DNA of 64,000 nucleotides from Candidatus Margulisiibacteriota bacterium. Lineage in GTDB: Bacteria; Margulisbacteria; Marinamargulisbacteria; JBFWNS01. Below are positions 29,981-40,025 of this stretch, one piece after another (within the stretch, counting starts at the first letter, position 1; each line of letters begins with the position of its first letter). Position numbers and translations under genes: made by a program. The DNA is taken from positions 320,001-384,000 of the forward strand of contig JBFWNS010000001.1 in NCBI GenBank assembly GCA_050250935.1. The letters run 5' to 3'. The notes beneath the pieces were generated by a model. The model saw only the letters and a program-made list of their open reading frames with translations, searched no databases and was not told where the DNA came from.

Positions 29981-30829
29981 CTACAAGCCGATAAACAATT
30001 GCTCCAAATGAAGCCGCAAATTGAGATTATACGTCATTTGCGAAATATTTTCGATGATTAAATCCATGTTCCGTGTTTGGGTGCGGTTCATCCCCTGAAG
30101 ATGCTTAAAGTCATAGAGCCATAACATCAAAAACAGGGTGGCTTTTTGCTTGTCGGTGGCCAGTTGTCCCGCCAATTCGAGGCGCTGATTCAACGACCAG
30201 GTCAAAAATTCGGCGTAAGGCACAGCAGGAAAATCGGGCTCTGTGTTGGTTTCCAACAAATAGGCAATCAGTTCGGTGGCGTTGGGATGGGATTCGTAAA
30301 ACCCCTGCAAAACAGGGACTGTTCCCAAAACGGGCAACCAATCTTCAGCATGGGCAGGATTCAGGACCACTTCTTGAACACGGGACCTGATGGTGGGCAA
30401 CAGAGAAAACCGCTGGTGGGTTAACAACATAAAACAAACCCCTTGAGGCGGTTCTTCCAGGGTTTTCAAAAAGGCATTGGCCGCTTCGGTGGTCATTTGG
30501 TCGGCATCGTGGATGATGCACAACAGGTGTTTGGCATAGGTGGGGCCAAAGCGAACCCGTTCTTGGATGTTTCGAACGGTTGCAATGGCAATTTTCCCCT
30601 CGGGTTGAACCCGAAAAAAATCGGGATTGGTCTCTTTGGCAATCGACAAACAGCCATGGCAAAGGCCACAAGGTTTTTCGGTTTCGTGTTGGCAGAACAC
30701 CCTTTGGGCCACGTGGGTCGCCGCATCTGCCAAAAAAGACCCCCAAGGCCCCGACAACACATAGGCATGGGAGAGCTCTCCGGCAAAAAGACCGTCCAAT
30801 AAGCTTTTATTGCGCTGGGACAGAACCAT
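29981..30829 (-). CDS. holB: DNA polymerase III subunit delta'
   Basis: HAYVLSG, C..PCGLCHGC zinc module, ADQMTTEAANAFLKTLEEPP, LPTIRSR. Confidence 0.9.
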   Translation of the reverse strand: MVLSQRNKSLLDGLFAGELSHAYVLSGPWGSFLADAATHVAQRVFCQHETEKPCGLCHGCLSIAKETNPDFFRVQPEGKIAIATVRNIQERVRFGPTYAKHLLCIIHDADQMTTEAANAFLKTLEEPPQGVCFMLLTHQRFSLLPTIRSRVQEVVLNPAHAEDWLPVLGTVPVLQGFYESHPNATELIAYLLETNTEPDFPAVPYAEFLTWSLNQRLELAGQLATDKQKATLFLMLWLYDFKHLQGMNRTQTRNMDLIIENISQMTYNLNLRLHLEQLFIGL

Positions 30830-31371
30830 TAGTGAATAATAATACCCATCGTTCCCGCCACGGCAATGGCCAACCACATGTACCAGTGTTGGGATTCATT
30901 GTCTTTTTTGAGAGCGGCAACGGTTTCGGTTAGGCTGGCATTTTGAGAGGCCAGTTGCTGATTGGATTCTTTAAGTTGTGCATAGCCTGCCAACAACGCT
31001 TTTTGATCGCCATCCAAGACATTCACATTGTTTTTGAGGCGATTTTGACTGACTTCGGAATCGGCCAAATATTGTTTAAAGGTCTTGGCCAACCAGGTTA
31101 AATCTTCGATTTGAGCGGCGGTTAGCAAGGGATTTTGGGTTTCCAAAGTTGTATTCAATTTATCCAAAGCCAAGGCCAATTCTTTGCGGCTTACGGCTTG
31201 GTTGGACTGAAAACTATTGTCGCCATACAAAGACAAATACCCTTCGTCCACCGATCTTTTAACAGCCCCATAGGCTGCATCGGTTTTGGGAACATCGCGA
31301 ATCACCGTTTCGGCCTGAAGACCACTCCCACAACAGACCAGCACCACCAAACCCACTAAAATTCTTTTCAT
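30829..31371 (-). CDS. SLH-domain protein with coiled coil and C-terminal membrane anchor
   Basis: Signal peptide; DVPKTDAAYGAV...GY...YGDNSFQSNQAVSRKELA is an SLH motif; heptad region; terminal WYMWLAIAVAGTMGIIIH. Confidence 0.75.
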   Translation of the reverse strand: MKRILVGLVVLVCCGSGLQAETVIRDVPKTDAAYGAVKRSVDEGYLSLYGDNSFQSNQAVSRKELALALDKLNTTLETQNPLLTAAQIEDLTWLAKTFKQYLADSEVSQNRLKNNVNVLDGDQKALLAGYAQLKESNQQLASQNASLTETVAALKKDNESQHWYMWLAIAVAGTMGIIIH

Positions 31372-31375
31372 GTGA

Positions 31376-33295
31376 TTACTCCTTAACCTTATTTTCTGTT
31401 ACAGATTGCCGAAGTGGGTTGAGTTCCCATTCGGCGATAACACGGCTCTCTGCATCTTTAAGCACCACTGTGGTGGATTGTTGATCCATGGGTTTGAAGG
31501 CCCATTGAGCCACCCGGTATTTGCCCGGTTGAAGGGGACTTGAGCTCCATTGAATCGAATCGGTCTTGGCCCCGCGAATTTGTTGGACAGGCAGGGCATC
31601 ACCTGGCAAAAAGACGATGGATTCCAAGGACGCATTGCGCCATTCCAATCGAAAAGGGCCAACCCGTTGAGGTTTGTCCACTTTAACCGACCAAAACCCA
31701 ACCCAATAACCTTTTTCAAAAAACCACTCCAGTCTCTGGGCAGGCTGTTGGGCCACCACAGACAAGGGCGTAACCACCGGATCGGCCTTGGCACCAGGGG
31801 CTTTGGTTGTCACCACCAGGTTAGCCGATGAATTTTCTGCAACGGTTTTCAAGGTCCAATTGATGTTTATAAAATCTCCACGTTGCAAGACGGGAATCAC
31901 CTTGGTTTTGGGCTCGAAAAACGGCAACTCAAGTCCAGAAGGCGGCTCCAGCGTGATACTGACTGGGCTGACTGTAAAATTAGAGGGATTCAACACCGAA
32001 ACATTGACCGTTACATACCCCGTTTCCAGGCCAATGGTCGTTGGCAACGTAACCACTGTTTTTAATGTTGGGGGCCCCACCACTTCGAAAGGTCGTTTTA
32101 AGCTGTTGGGATCCAAGGTGGTCGAGGTTACGGTAAAGCCAATGGTGTATTTTCCGGCTTCGGGATTGTTAGGGGCTATCCGCAAGGGAATCTGCCGGGT
32201 TTGACCTGCTTTAAGGGTGCCCAACGATTGTCGAAGACTGCCGCTGACGACTTTGAATCCTTTGGGGATATCGAAGGTTACGACGGTGTTTTGCGAATCA
32301 AACCCACCACTGTTGTAGACATAGCCCACAATCAAAAACGAGTCGGTTGCCGACACATAGGTTTCGGCCGGAGAGGTTAATCCCAAGCTTAGCGGGCCAG
32401 CCGTCAGGCTTAATCCGCCCAATCCATAGAGGGTGCGAACGGTTCTTTTTCCGCTGGGGGCCACGGTAACAGGGTCCCAATACAGGGCCAATGCCGTATC
32501 GTTTTCGGTTTCACCCGCACGTTGGAAAGACCGACCGGGCACCACATCAAATTCCCAGGGTTCGTCGGCCAGGGTTCCCCAGTTTACCAAAAAAACATGG
32601 TCGGGGGGGCTGACCCCTTCAGAGGGTTGGCTGAGGGTCCCTTGGGCAATGATGGTGGGGTTGGCCAGACTGTCGAAGGTCTGCCAATACTCCACCAACT
32701 GATTTTTTTCGAAGGCGGTCTCGGAGTCGCAAGCCAGCTCGCCAATGCGGAACGGCGCTGCATCGTTGCTGCCCAATTTGGTGTCCAGCATAATGCGAAC
32801 ACCCAAGGTGTGGGGCTTGTCATCGTTGTTGATCATTTCGTAGGAAATCAAGGCCGTGTCTTTAACCTGGGTGGCGGGGTTACGGCTAAAGGTCAATTTT
32901 TGAATCACGGTCACAGCCCCAAATTTGCAGGTGGTCAAAATTGCATCATCGGTTTGAACCTGGGAAATCACGTCGCCGAACAATACTTTTCGGCCTGCCC
33001 GTTTGGCCAGTTTGGTATTGATGCCCCCAAACACATAGGGCTGTCCATCGACCACCACCGTGGTATAGGAGGTCCAAGGAACTGGTCGGCCAAAGATTAA
33101 AGATTGGTTGTCATCAGCAGGGTTTTCGGGATCTCCACCCGTGGTTTCAACCGCAAAACGTCCTTTGTCTTGGACCCCATCATTCACCACAATTTTAATA
33201 AATTCATTACCAACAGTTTGAACCGAGGCGGCCTTCACCTTGCCCGCCAACATCACCATCAACACCAGAAGTCCTAGGGCTAGCTTTTTTTTCAT
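31376..33295 (-). CDS. Secreted beta-rich protein with Ig-like (NEW3/CARDB-like) repeats
   Basis: MKKK...VKA signal peptide; repeats such as V.NSGG...VTFDIPKGF...LGTLKAGQT and VLNPS...TLEPPSGL...IPVLQRGD. Confidence 0.6.
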   Translation of the reverse strand: MKKKLALGLLVLMVMLAGKVKAASVQTVGNEFIKIVVNDGVQDKGRFAVETTGGDPENPADDNQSLIFGRPVPWTSYTTVVVDGQPYVFGGINTKLAKRAGRKVLFGDVISQVQTDDAILTTCKFGAVTVIQKLTFSRNPATQVKDTALISYEMINNDDKPHTLGVRIMLDTKLGSNDAAPFRIGELACDSETAFEKNQLVEYWQTFDSLANPTIIAQGTLSQPSEGVSPPDHVFLVNWGTLADEPWEFDVVPGRSFQRAGETENDTALALYWDPVTVAPSGKRTVRTLYGLGGLSLTAGPLSLGLTSPAETYVSATDSFLIVGYVYNSGGFDSQNTVVTFDIPKGFKVVSGSLRQSLGTLKAGQTRQIPLRIAPNNPEAGKYTIGFTVTSTTLDPNSLKRPFEVVGPPTLKTVVTLPTTIGLETGYVTVNVSVLNPSNFTVSPVSITLEPPSGLELPFFEPKTKVIPVLQRGDFININWTLKTVAENSSANLVVTTKAPGAKADPVVTPLSVVAQQPAQRLEWFFEKGYWVGFWSVKVDKPQRVGPFRLEWRNASLESIVFLPGDALPVQQIRGAKTDSIQWSSSPLQPGKYRVAQWAFKPMDQQSTTVVLKDAESRVIAEWELNPLRQSVTENKVKE

Positions 33296-33297
33296 GG

Positions 33298-33915
33298 TTA
33301 ATCCAATGCAAACGTATAACTGAGTCGCAGCGATGATGGCAAATCGACTCCCATCACCCGTTTGGGCTTAAATCGGTATTTTTCTTTCACGATACGGGCA
33401 AAGGCATTGTCCAAGACGGGATGACCCGAAGACCGAACCACAGTCACCGATTCGGGAACGCCGTCTTTATTAATTTGAATGTCGACCACAACCGTCCCTG
33501 TCCATTCGTTATTCAAGGCCTCTTTGGGATAAATTGGGGCTCCAGATCCTGAGACTTCGGCAACGCCACGGTCGCCTGGCAACCCATCGCCCTGCCCTTT
33601 TCCTTCGGCTTTCGGGGCCGTGGGCTGTGGTTTTTCTTGAACTTGTGGCAAGGGTTTTCCAACCCAAGGAATGGCCTTAGGCAGCTCAACTTCCTGGCCG
33701 CCTTTGTCTTCGTTGTGATGGGTTTCTTCTTTGGGCTCGGCAGCCACCTGAGGCTCTTCTTCAACCCAAACATGAATAGGCGAGTACTGAACATCCCCAG
33801 GTTTTTGGGTTATGTGAAGGGTTCTAAACGGAAACAAAAGCAGCAAAATCAGCAGGTGGACTGCAATGGTTAACGCCCAAGCACTGCCATCTACTATCCA
33901 ATCATTTTTCGTCAT
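33298..33915 (-). CDS. tonB: Energy transducer TonB
   Basis: TM with T..VH, Pro/Glu/Lys linker, PIYPKEA...GTVVV...VVRSSGHPVLD...RFKP. Confidence 0.9.
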   Translation of the reverse strand: MTKNDWIVDGSAWALTIAVHLLILLLLFPFRTLHITQKPGDVQYSPIHVWVEEEPQVAAEPKEETHHNEDKGGQEVELPKAIPWVGKPLPQVQEKPQPTAPKAEGKGQGDGLPGDRGVAEVSGSGAPIYPKEALNNEWTGTVVVDIQINKDGVPESVTVVRSSGHPVLDNAFARIVKEKYRFKPKRVMGVDLPSSLRLSYTFALD

Positions 33916-34324
33916 GAGGTGTTTTTTTGTCTGCTTTAAGTACAATGTTGTAACAGCCGCCTTGGCGAACGGCATCCAGCACGTTCATGACGGTGCCATA
34001 GGGCATGGTTTTGTCTGCATTCACCAAAATTTGGATGGACCGATCGGGCTGGGTTTGAACAGAAATGGTTTTTTGAAGATCTTCGACTGATACCGGTGTA
34101 TCGTTCAACAGCACTTCTTTGTCGTTCAAAATGGTCAGAACCAATCCTTGTTTTTCCTGGGTCACAGAAGCAGCATGGGGCAAATTCAACTTCATACCCT
34201 TGGCGTGAATCGAAATCGCCGTGTACATAATGAAAAAAATCAGCAAGGTAAACATCACATCAATAATGGGGATGATTTCCAGGCGGATGTGATGGGTTTT
34301 CCGCATTTTTCGGCGGTGGAACAA
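33902..34324 (-). CDS. exbD: Biopolymer transport protein ExbD/TolR
   Basis: IIPIIDVMFTLLIFF, LPHA, ADKTMPYGTVMNVLD. Confidence 0.93.
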   Translation of the reverse strand: MFHRRKMRKTHHIRLEIIPIIDVMFTLLIFFIMYTAISIHAKGMKLNLPHAASVTQEKQGLVLTILNDKEVLLNDTPVSVEDLQKTISVQTQPDRSIQILVNADKTMPYGTVMNVLDAVRQGGCYNIVLKADKKTPHDEK

Positions 34325-34329
34325 CGCAG

Positions 34330-34968
34330 CTATGGCTTTACTCCTTGTTCATGACAAAAGGTCACGATCTCGTGCACGGCCCGTTCCATATCGGTTACCA
34401 ACAACTCGACTTCTTGGGTTAAATAATGGTGGAAAAACACACAAGGAATGGCAATGCTTAATCCGGCAACGGTGTTGATCAAGGCCACGGAAATCCCGGC
34501 ATACATGGCGTTCACTTCTGCGGCATTCACCTGGGCCAGGGCTCTAAAAATTTCAATCAGACCAAAAACGGTTCCCAACAACCCCAACATGGGAGCCACC
34601 GTAATCATGCTGGATAGAATACCAATGTTTTTTTCAATACGGGGCAAATCGTAGTGGGTGATATTTTTTAAACCGGCTTCAAGATCTGTTCCTTTGCCAT
34701 CGGCCCGGAGGGCGTCGGCCACTGCCCGGGAAATGATGCCCCGTTCTCTGCCCAGGGTTTGAATGGTCGAATCCCGACCTTCCGTTAGCAACATCGTTTT
34801 TACCCGCTCGGTAAACCGAACATAGTTCACTTTGTGCAATTTCAAATAGATAAGTTTTTGAAAAAAGATGTAAACCGCGACCACGGAACACAACAACATC
34901 ACAATCATCATCGGGCCACCTTTTGCAAAGATGACAGCGGCGTGATTTAAGGAGGCTAAAAACGTCAT
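34330..34968 (-). CDS. exbB: MotA/TolQ/ExbB proton channel protein
   Basis: GGPMM, APMLGLLGTVFGLI, GISVALINTVAGL. Confidence 0.93.
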   Translation of the reverse strand: MTFLASLNHAAVIFAKGGPMMIVMLLCSVVAVYIFFQKLIYLKLHKVNYVRFTERVKTMLLTEGRDSTIQTLGRERGIISRAVADALRADGKGTDLEAGLKNITHYDLPRIEKNIGILSSMITVAPMLGLLGTVFGLIEIFRALAQVNAAEVNAMYAGISVALINTVAGLSIAIPCVFFHHYLTQEVELLVTDMERAVHEIVTFCHEQGVKP

Positions 34969-35009
34969 AAATCAATTCCTTCTATCTGTGGGGATTCAAC
35001 CAACCTTTT

Positions 35010-35037
35010 ATTATACTCGGCTTTAAGCAATTGACAA
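35010..35037 (-). promoter_or_regulatory. sigma70-type promoter of exbB operon
   Basis: TTGTCA-16 nt-TATAAT. Confidence 0.6.
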
Positions 35038-35057
35038 TCAGACAATATAAAAGGTTC

Positions 35058-36083
35058 CTAGTCGAGTTGATTAAGCAGCTTTACCAACGCCATCAGGTGT
35101 CCGTAGCTTTTTTGATGGAAGCGAAACACCAGCCGGGTTTTGTCGGGGAAATCTTCGGCATCGGCCACCAGCTCTTCGGGCAGGGCATCAGCGCTCATTT
35201 GGGAAAACCCTTCTTTGGTGAGCAACCGAAACGCAGAGTCCAAGTAGCCCAGAGATTCTTGGGACAGTGGCTTTTCCATACGAATCACCACGGTGTCTTT
35301 AAAATACCGAATCGAGTGGAAGCGGACATAAAATCGACGAATTTCCTCGGCAGCTTCTTCGGCCGAATTGGCAATGGTGTAAAGTTCGGTGTCTTCTGGA
35401 GAAATGAGTTCGTTTTTCAACAGCTCGGTGCGAATAAAATCATCCCATTTTTCCCAATAGGGATTGCCTGGCGAGGCCATAAAAATGATGGGCCTTGGCC
35501 GACCTCGCCCAGTTTGCAACAGGGTTAGGGCTTCGAAGGCTTCGTCGTGGGTTCCAAAACCGCCTGGAAAAACAACCGAGGCATCGGATTCTTTAAAAAA
35601 CGTTAATTTGCGATTAAAAAAATATTTAAACGATACCAATTTTTTTGATCCGGCAATAAAGGGATTGGGGTCTTGTTCAAAGGGCAAGCGGATATTCACC
35701 CCGAAACTACTGCCTTGGGCAGCCCCTTCGTTTCCAGCAGCCATAATACCGCCGCCGGCGCCGGTAATCACCATAAACCCATCTTGGGTAATGCGCTCGG
35801 AAAACGCTTTGGCCAACAGATAGTCGGGATGGTCTTCTGGGGTTCTGGCCGATCCAAAGACACAGACTTTTCGTTGACTGCGGTAAGGCGCAAACACTTT
35901 AAAGGCGTAGCGCAATTCTTTGAGGGTGCTACGGATAATTTTAAGGTCGTGAGCATCCGAGGTTTCTGTGGCAAGTTTTGCAACAACGGTTAACATGTCT
36001 TCGATAATCGGGCTGGTTTCGGTGATATTAAGTTCCGTCAGCAAGTCTTGTATTTTGTCGTTGACGGCTTTTGAAAGTTCCAT
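35058..36083 (-). CDS. LOG family (TIGR00730-like) Rossmann-fold nucleotide-binding protein
   Basis: [37 protein letters not shown]. Confidence 0.92.
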   Translation of the reverse strand: MELSKAVNDKIQDLLTELNITETSPIIEDMLTVVAKLATETSDAHDLKIIRSTLKELRYAFKVFAPYRSQRKVCVFGSARTPEDHPDYLLAKAFSERITQDGFMVITGAGGGIMAAGNEGAAQGSSFGVNIRLPFEQDPNPFIAGSKKLVSFKYFFNRKLTFFKESDASVVFPGGFGTHDEAFEALTLLQTGRGRPRPIIFMASPGNPYWEKWDDFIRTELLKNELISPEDTELYTIANSAEEAAEEIRRFYVRFHSIRYFKDTVVIRMEKPLSQESLGYLDSAFRLLTKEGFSQMSADALPEELVADAEDFPDKTRLVFRFHQKSYGHLMALVKLLNQLD

Positions 36084-36109
36084 TCACCGTATGGTACACT
36101 CTTTCGGCT

Positions 36110-37903
36110 ATGAAGAACATCCGCAACTTTTGTATTATTGCCCACATCGACCACGGGAAATCGACCTTGGCCGACCGGTTTATCGAAATCACCAACACTG
36201 TCTCTAGCCGGGAGATGAAGCATCAGTTGCTGGATTCGATGGAATTGGAACGGGAACGGGGCATTACCATTAAGATGCAAGCCGTTCGCTTAGAATACAA
36301 AGCCAAAAATGGCGAGACCTATACGTTGAATCTAATCGACACCCCCGGCCATGTGGACTTTAGCTACGAGGTGTCTCGGTCTTTGGCCGCTTGTGATGGG
36401 GCCTTGTTGCTGGTTGACGCTACGCAAGGCATTGAAGCCCAAACCATGGCCAATTTTTATTTGGCTTTGGATCATGGCCTGGAAATTATTCCGGTCATCA
36501 ACAAAATCGATTTACCCTCGGCCGACCCCGACAAAGTGGCCGCCGAAGTCGAGCAGGTGTTTGATTTACCCGCCGAAAACTGTGTGTACTGCAGCGCCAA
36601 AACAGGCCTTGGGGTTGCCGACATTTTAGAAGCCGTTGTAAAGCTTGTTCCCCCACCCAAAGAAGACCCAGAACCGGCCCTGCGCGCCTTAATTTTTGAT
36701 GCTCATTTTGATGCTTATCGTGGGGTGATTACCTATGTTCGGCTTTTTTCTGGCTCGCTAAAACGGGGCCAAAAAATCACCCTGATGTCGAATGGGAAAC
36801 AGTTCGAAGTCTTGGATGTCGGGTTTTTCAAGCCCAAAATGACAGCTGCCAACGAGATTAAAGCCGGCGAAGTCGGATACGTGATTTCCAACATCAAAAA
36901 CGTTGCCGATGCCCGCATTGGCGATACCGTAACCGATGCCAAAAAGCCTGCCGCAACCCCCCTGGCCGACTACAAAGAAGCCAAACCCATGGTGTTTTGC
37001 GGGTTTTATCCCGTGGACACCGAACAATATGTCGAGCTCAAAGACGCCCTAGACAAGCTCAAGTTGAACGATGCGTCTTTGCATTACGAAGTCGAATCGT
37101 CCCAAGCGCTTGGCTTTGGGTTTCGCTGCGGGTTTTTGGGTTTGCTGCACATGGAAATTATTATGGAACGCATCGAGCGGGAATTTAACATCGACATCGT
37201 GGCCACGGCCCCGAACGTAACCTACCGCATCACCAAAACCGATGGCGAGATCATGACGATGGAAAACCCCAGCGACTTTCCCTCTCCCCAACAAATTGCC
37301 GTGATGGAAGAACCGTTTATGGGCTTGTCGGTGATTACCCCCAATTCCCATGTCGGGACCGTCATCGAGCTGGCCCAAGAGCACCGCGCCTATTACAAAA
37401 AAGCCGAATTTATTGATGCCGAACGCCAAATGTTGACCTTTGATATTCCCTTAAACGAGCTGATTACCAACTTTTTTGACAAACTCAAATCCCGCACCCG
37501 AGGCTATGCCAGCATGGACTATTGGTTCGACAATTACCGGGCCTCCAAATTGGTTAAAGTGGATATTTTGATTAACAGCGATCCCGTGGATGCTCTTTCC
37601 TTTATTTCCCACGACAGCAAAGCCGCTCCCACCGCCCGGAAAATGGCCGAAAAGCTCAAAGAATTGATCCCCAAGCAGCTCTATGAAGTGGTCATTCAAG
37701 GAGCCATTGGGGCCAAAATCATTTGCAGGGAAACCATTTCGGCCATGCGTAAAAACGTAACGGCCAAATGTTATGGTGGGGATATTTCCCGAAAACGGAA
37801 ACTCTTGGAAAAACAAAAAGAAGGCAAAAAGAAAATGAAAAGCATTGGGTCGATTCAAGTGCCCAAAGAAGCCTTCATGTCGGTTCTTAAACTCGACGAC
37901 TAG
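36110..37903 (+). CDS. lepA: Elongation factor 4 (LepA)
   Basis: [67 protein letters not shown]. Confidence 0.99.
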   Translation: MKNIRNFCIIAHIDHGKSTLADRFIEITNTVSSREMKHQLLDSMELERERGITIKMQAVRLEYKAKNGETYTLNLIDTPGHVDFSYEVSRSLAACDGALLLVDATQGIEAQTMANFYLALDHGLEIIPVINKIDLPSADPDKVAAEVEQVFDLPAENCVYCSAKTGLGVADILEAVVKLVPPPKEDPEPALRALIFDAHFDAYRGVITYVRLFSGSLKRGQKITLMSNGKQFEVLDVGFFKPKMTAANEIKAGEVGYVISNIKNVADARIGDTVTDAKKPAATPLADYKEAKPMVFCGFYPVDTEQYVELKDALDKLKLNDASLHYEVESSQALGFGFRCGFLGLLHMEIIMERIEREFNIDIVATAPNVTYRITKTDGEIMTMENPSDFPSPQQIAVMEEPFMGLSVITPNSHVGTVIELAQEHRAYYKKAEFIDAERQMLTFDIPLNELITNFFDKLKSRTRGYASMDYWFDNYRASKLVKVDILINSDPVDALSFISHDSKAAPTARKMAEKLKELIPKQLYEVVIQGAIGAKIICRETISAMRKNVTAKCYGGDISRKRKLLEKQKEGKKKMKSIGSIQVPKEAFMSVLKLDD

Positions 37904-37905
37904 CC

Positions 37906-39252
37906 GTGTTTTATACCGAAACCCTCTCCCAAACCCTGCCCGAGCTTTTTTTACATTTTGGGCAAGTTCCGGGCACCGTGTGGCTGGACAGCGCCAAGGC
38001 CAACCCCCATACCCCACAATTTTCTTATTTGGCCTTTGATCCCGACTGGGTTTTAACCGCTTCGGGCAATCAGGGGCTTTTAACCACTTCGGGTACCACC
38101 ACGTCCATTGCGAACGTGGTCGAGTGGTTGTCGGAATCTTTGATCTTCGACAACAGCCTGAAAGCCCCTTTTCCGTTTTCTGGCGGCTATTTGGCTGTTG
38201 TGGGCTACGAGGCTGGGGCGTGGTTTTCGGCTAACCCCGTGCCGGTCTGTGCCAAACCCGGTCCCTTGCCAGAACTGATTCTGGGATACTACACCCACGT
38301 GGTGGTGTGGAATCATCACCTAAACCAAGGGACATATGTGCATCAATCAAGCTCAAAAAAAGACTCGAAACCGGTCTCTTTTGATTCAATCTTGAGCCGA
38401 TATCCCAAACAAAATCTGGGGACTTTTCAGGCCAGCCATCCCGACTTTGAAACCACCCAAGCAGGCTACGAAACCGATATTGATCGGGTATTGGCGGCCA
38501 TTGCCGAAGGGACGGTGTATCAGGTGAATTTGTCTCATCGACTATCAGCGTCGTACAAAGGGGATGTACGTCGGTTTTATACCCAGCTTCGGCAGCGGTC
38601 GGCCTCGCCTTTTGGGGCATTTATGTCCCTTCCCGATTCAGGCTTTATTGCCAGCGCTTCGCCCGAACAGTTTTTTAGCCTTCACCACAATACCCTGGTT
38701 TCTCGGCCCATTAAGGGAACCATAGCCCGGGGCAAAACCCCAGCCGAAGACCAGGCCAATGCCCAGACCCTTCTGAATCACCCCAAAGAAAATGCCGAAC
38801 TGACCATGATTACCGATTTGATCCGCAACGATCTGGGCCAGGTTTGTGCCTATGGAACGGTTGAAGTGACAACCCTTAAAACCCTGGAAACCTATGAGCA
38901 GGTTTTTCATTTGGTTTCCACGGTTCAAGGCCAGGTCTCGCCCGAATTTTCGGCCTTGGATGTTTTACGGCATCTGTTTCCGGGAGGATCGGTTACAGGC
39001 ACGCCCAAGTCTTCGGCCACCCAATTGATTGCCGAGCTTGAGCCCAGTCCACGATCGGTATACACCGGGGCCATCGGGTTTTTGTCGAGTACGGGTGATG
39101 CCCACTTTAATGTGGCCATTCGAACGGCCTATGGGTCTGAGAACCAGCTGTATTTTCATGCCGGCGGGGGCATCGTTGCGGACTCAGTACCTGCAGCAGA
39201 ATGGCAAGAGACTTTGGACAAAGCCCAAGGTGTTGTACTCTCTTTGGTATGA
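37906..39252 (+). CDS. pabB: Aminodeoxychorismate synthase component I (chorismate-binding)
   Basis: YQVNLS, SASPE, RPIKGTIARG, KENAELTMITDLIRNDL, FPGGSVTGTPK, NVAIRT. Confidence 0.88.
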   Translation: MFYTETLSQTLPELFLHFGQVPGTVWLDSAKANPHTPQFSYLAFDPDWVLTASGNQGLLTTSGTTTSIANVVEWLSESLIFDNSLKAPFPFSGGYLAVVGYEAGAWFSANPVPVCAKPGPLPELILGYYTHVVVWNHHLNQGTYVHQSSSKKDSKPVSFDSILSRYPKQNLGTFQASHPDFETTQAGYETDIDRVLAAIAEGTVYQVNLSHRLSASYKGDVRRFYTQLRQRSASPFGAFMSLPDSGFIASASPEQFFSLHHNTLVSRPIKGTIARGKTPAEDQANAQTLLNHPKENAELTMITDLIRNDLGQVCAYGTVEVTTLKTLETYEQVFHLVSTVQGQVSPEFSALDVLRHLFPGGSVTGTPKSSATQLIAELEPSPRSVYTGAIGFLSSTGDAHFNVAIRTAYGSENQLYFHAGGGIVADSVPAAEWQETLDKAQGVVLSLV

Positions 39253-40025
39253 ACACCATAGAACCCCGCATTTGGATCGATCACTTTAAGCATTTGTGCG
39301 ATCAAACAGATCCCATTGCCCGCCGCTATTTCGAGCAGGGTCTTGGGATTCACGAGCAAAAATCCGATGAAAGCCCCGTGACGCTTGCCGATTTGGAAAT
39401 CGAAACCTGTATTCGCAACTTCATGCAGCAAACCCATCCCGCCGTGGGCATTCTGGGCGAGGAATTCCCCCCTACCCAAGACCAAGCCCCCACCCGTTTG
39501 GTGATTGATCCCATTGATGGGACCCGCAACTTCGTGGCCGGTATTCCCTTTTTTGCCACCTTGCTGGCGCTAGAAACCCAAGGCGAGGTGGTGGCCGCCA
39601 TGGTCTCGGCGCCCCAAACCCGGGAAAGGTGGTGGGCCATCAAGAATCAAGGGGCGTTCTACAACGGGGTGCCCATACGCGTCTCTTCGGTTTCGGATTT
39701 ATCCAAAGCCCAGGCGTTTCATGGCAGTTTGTTTGGCAACGAAGCCCAAAAAACGCCGCCAGCACTTTTGGAAGTCCTATCAAAAACCGCCAGACAACGG
39801 GGCTTTGGCGACTATTACCCCCACATGTTGGTGGCCATGGGTTGCGGAGAACTGGCCCTGGATTTCGGCCTTAAACACTGGGATGTCGCACCTTTGAAGT
39901 TGATTGTCGAAGAAGCCGGTGGAAAGGCCACAGCCCCAGACGGCGGATCTGTGTATTCTGCTGGGGCCATTGTCTCGACCAATGGACACCTTCACGACAG
40001 GGTTCTCGGCTTTTTTAAGCCCTAG
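39249..40025 (+). CDS. hisN: Inositol monophosphatase family, probable histidinol-phosphatase
   Basis: SPVTLAD, GEE, IDPIDGTRNF, RGFGDY, WDVAP..IVEEAGG. Confidence 0.8.
   Translation: MNTIEPRIWIDHFKHLCDQTDPIARRYFEQGLGIHEQKSDESPVTLADLEIETCIRNFMQQTHPAVGILGEEFPPTQDQAPTRLVIDPIDGTRNFVAGIPFFATLLALETQGEVVAAMVSAPQTRERWWAIKNQGAFYNGVPIRVSSVSDLSKAQAFHGSLFGNEAQKTPPALLEVLSKTARQRGFGDYYPHMLVAMGCGELALDFGLKHWDVAPLKLIVEEAGGKATAPDGGSVYSAGAIVSTNGHLHDRVLGFFKP

Noticed and set aside
29987..29994. GCCGATAA sigma-28 -10 box (also at 14811)
   Set aside because: Inside coding sequence, no TAAA -35 at the right spacing, and no suitable downstream gene.
30720..30770. Degenerate Walker A in holB (GPWGSFLA) as pseudogene sign
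   Set aside because: The delta' subunit is normally ATPase-inactive; the ORF is intact.
34330..34968. ExbB/MotA-family gene as flagellar stator for the basal-body operon
   Set aside because: Partnered with ExbD and TonB, not MotB (no OmpA-like PG-binding domain); 30 kb away.
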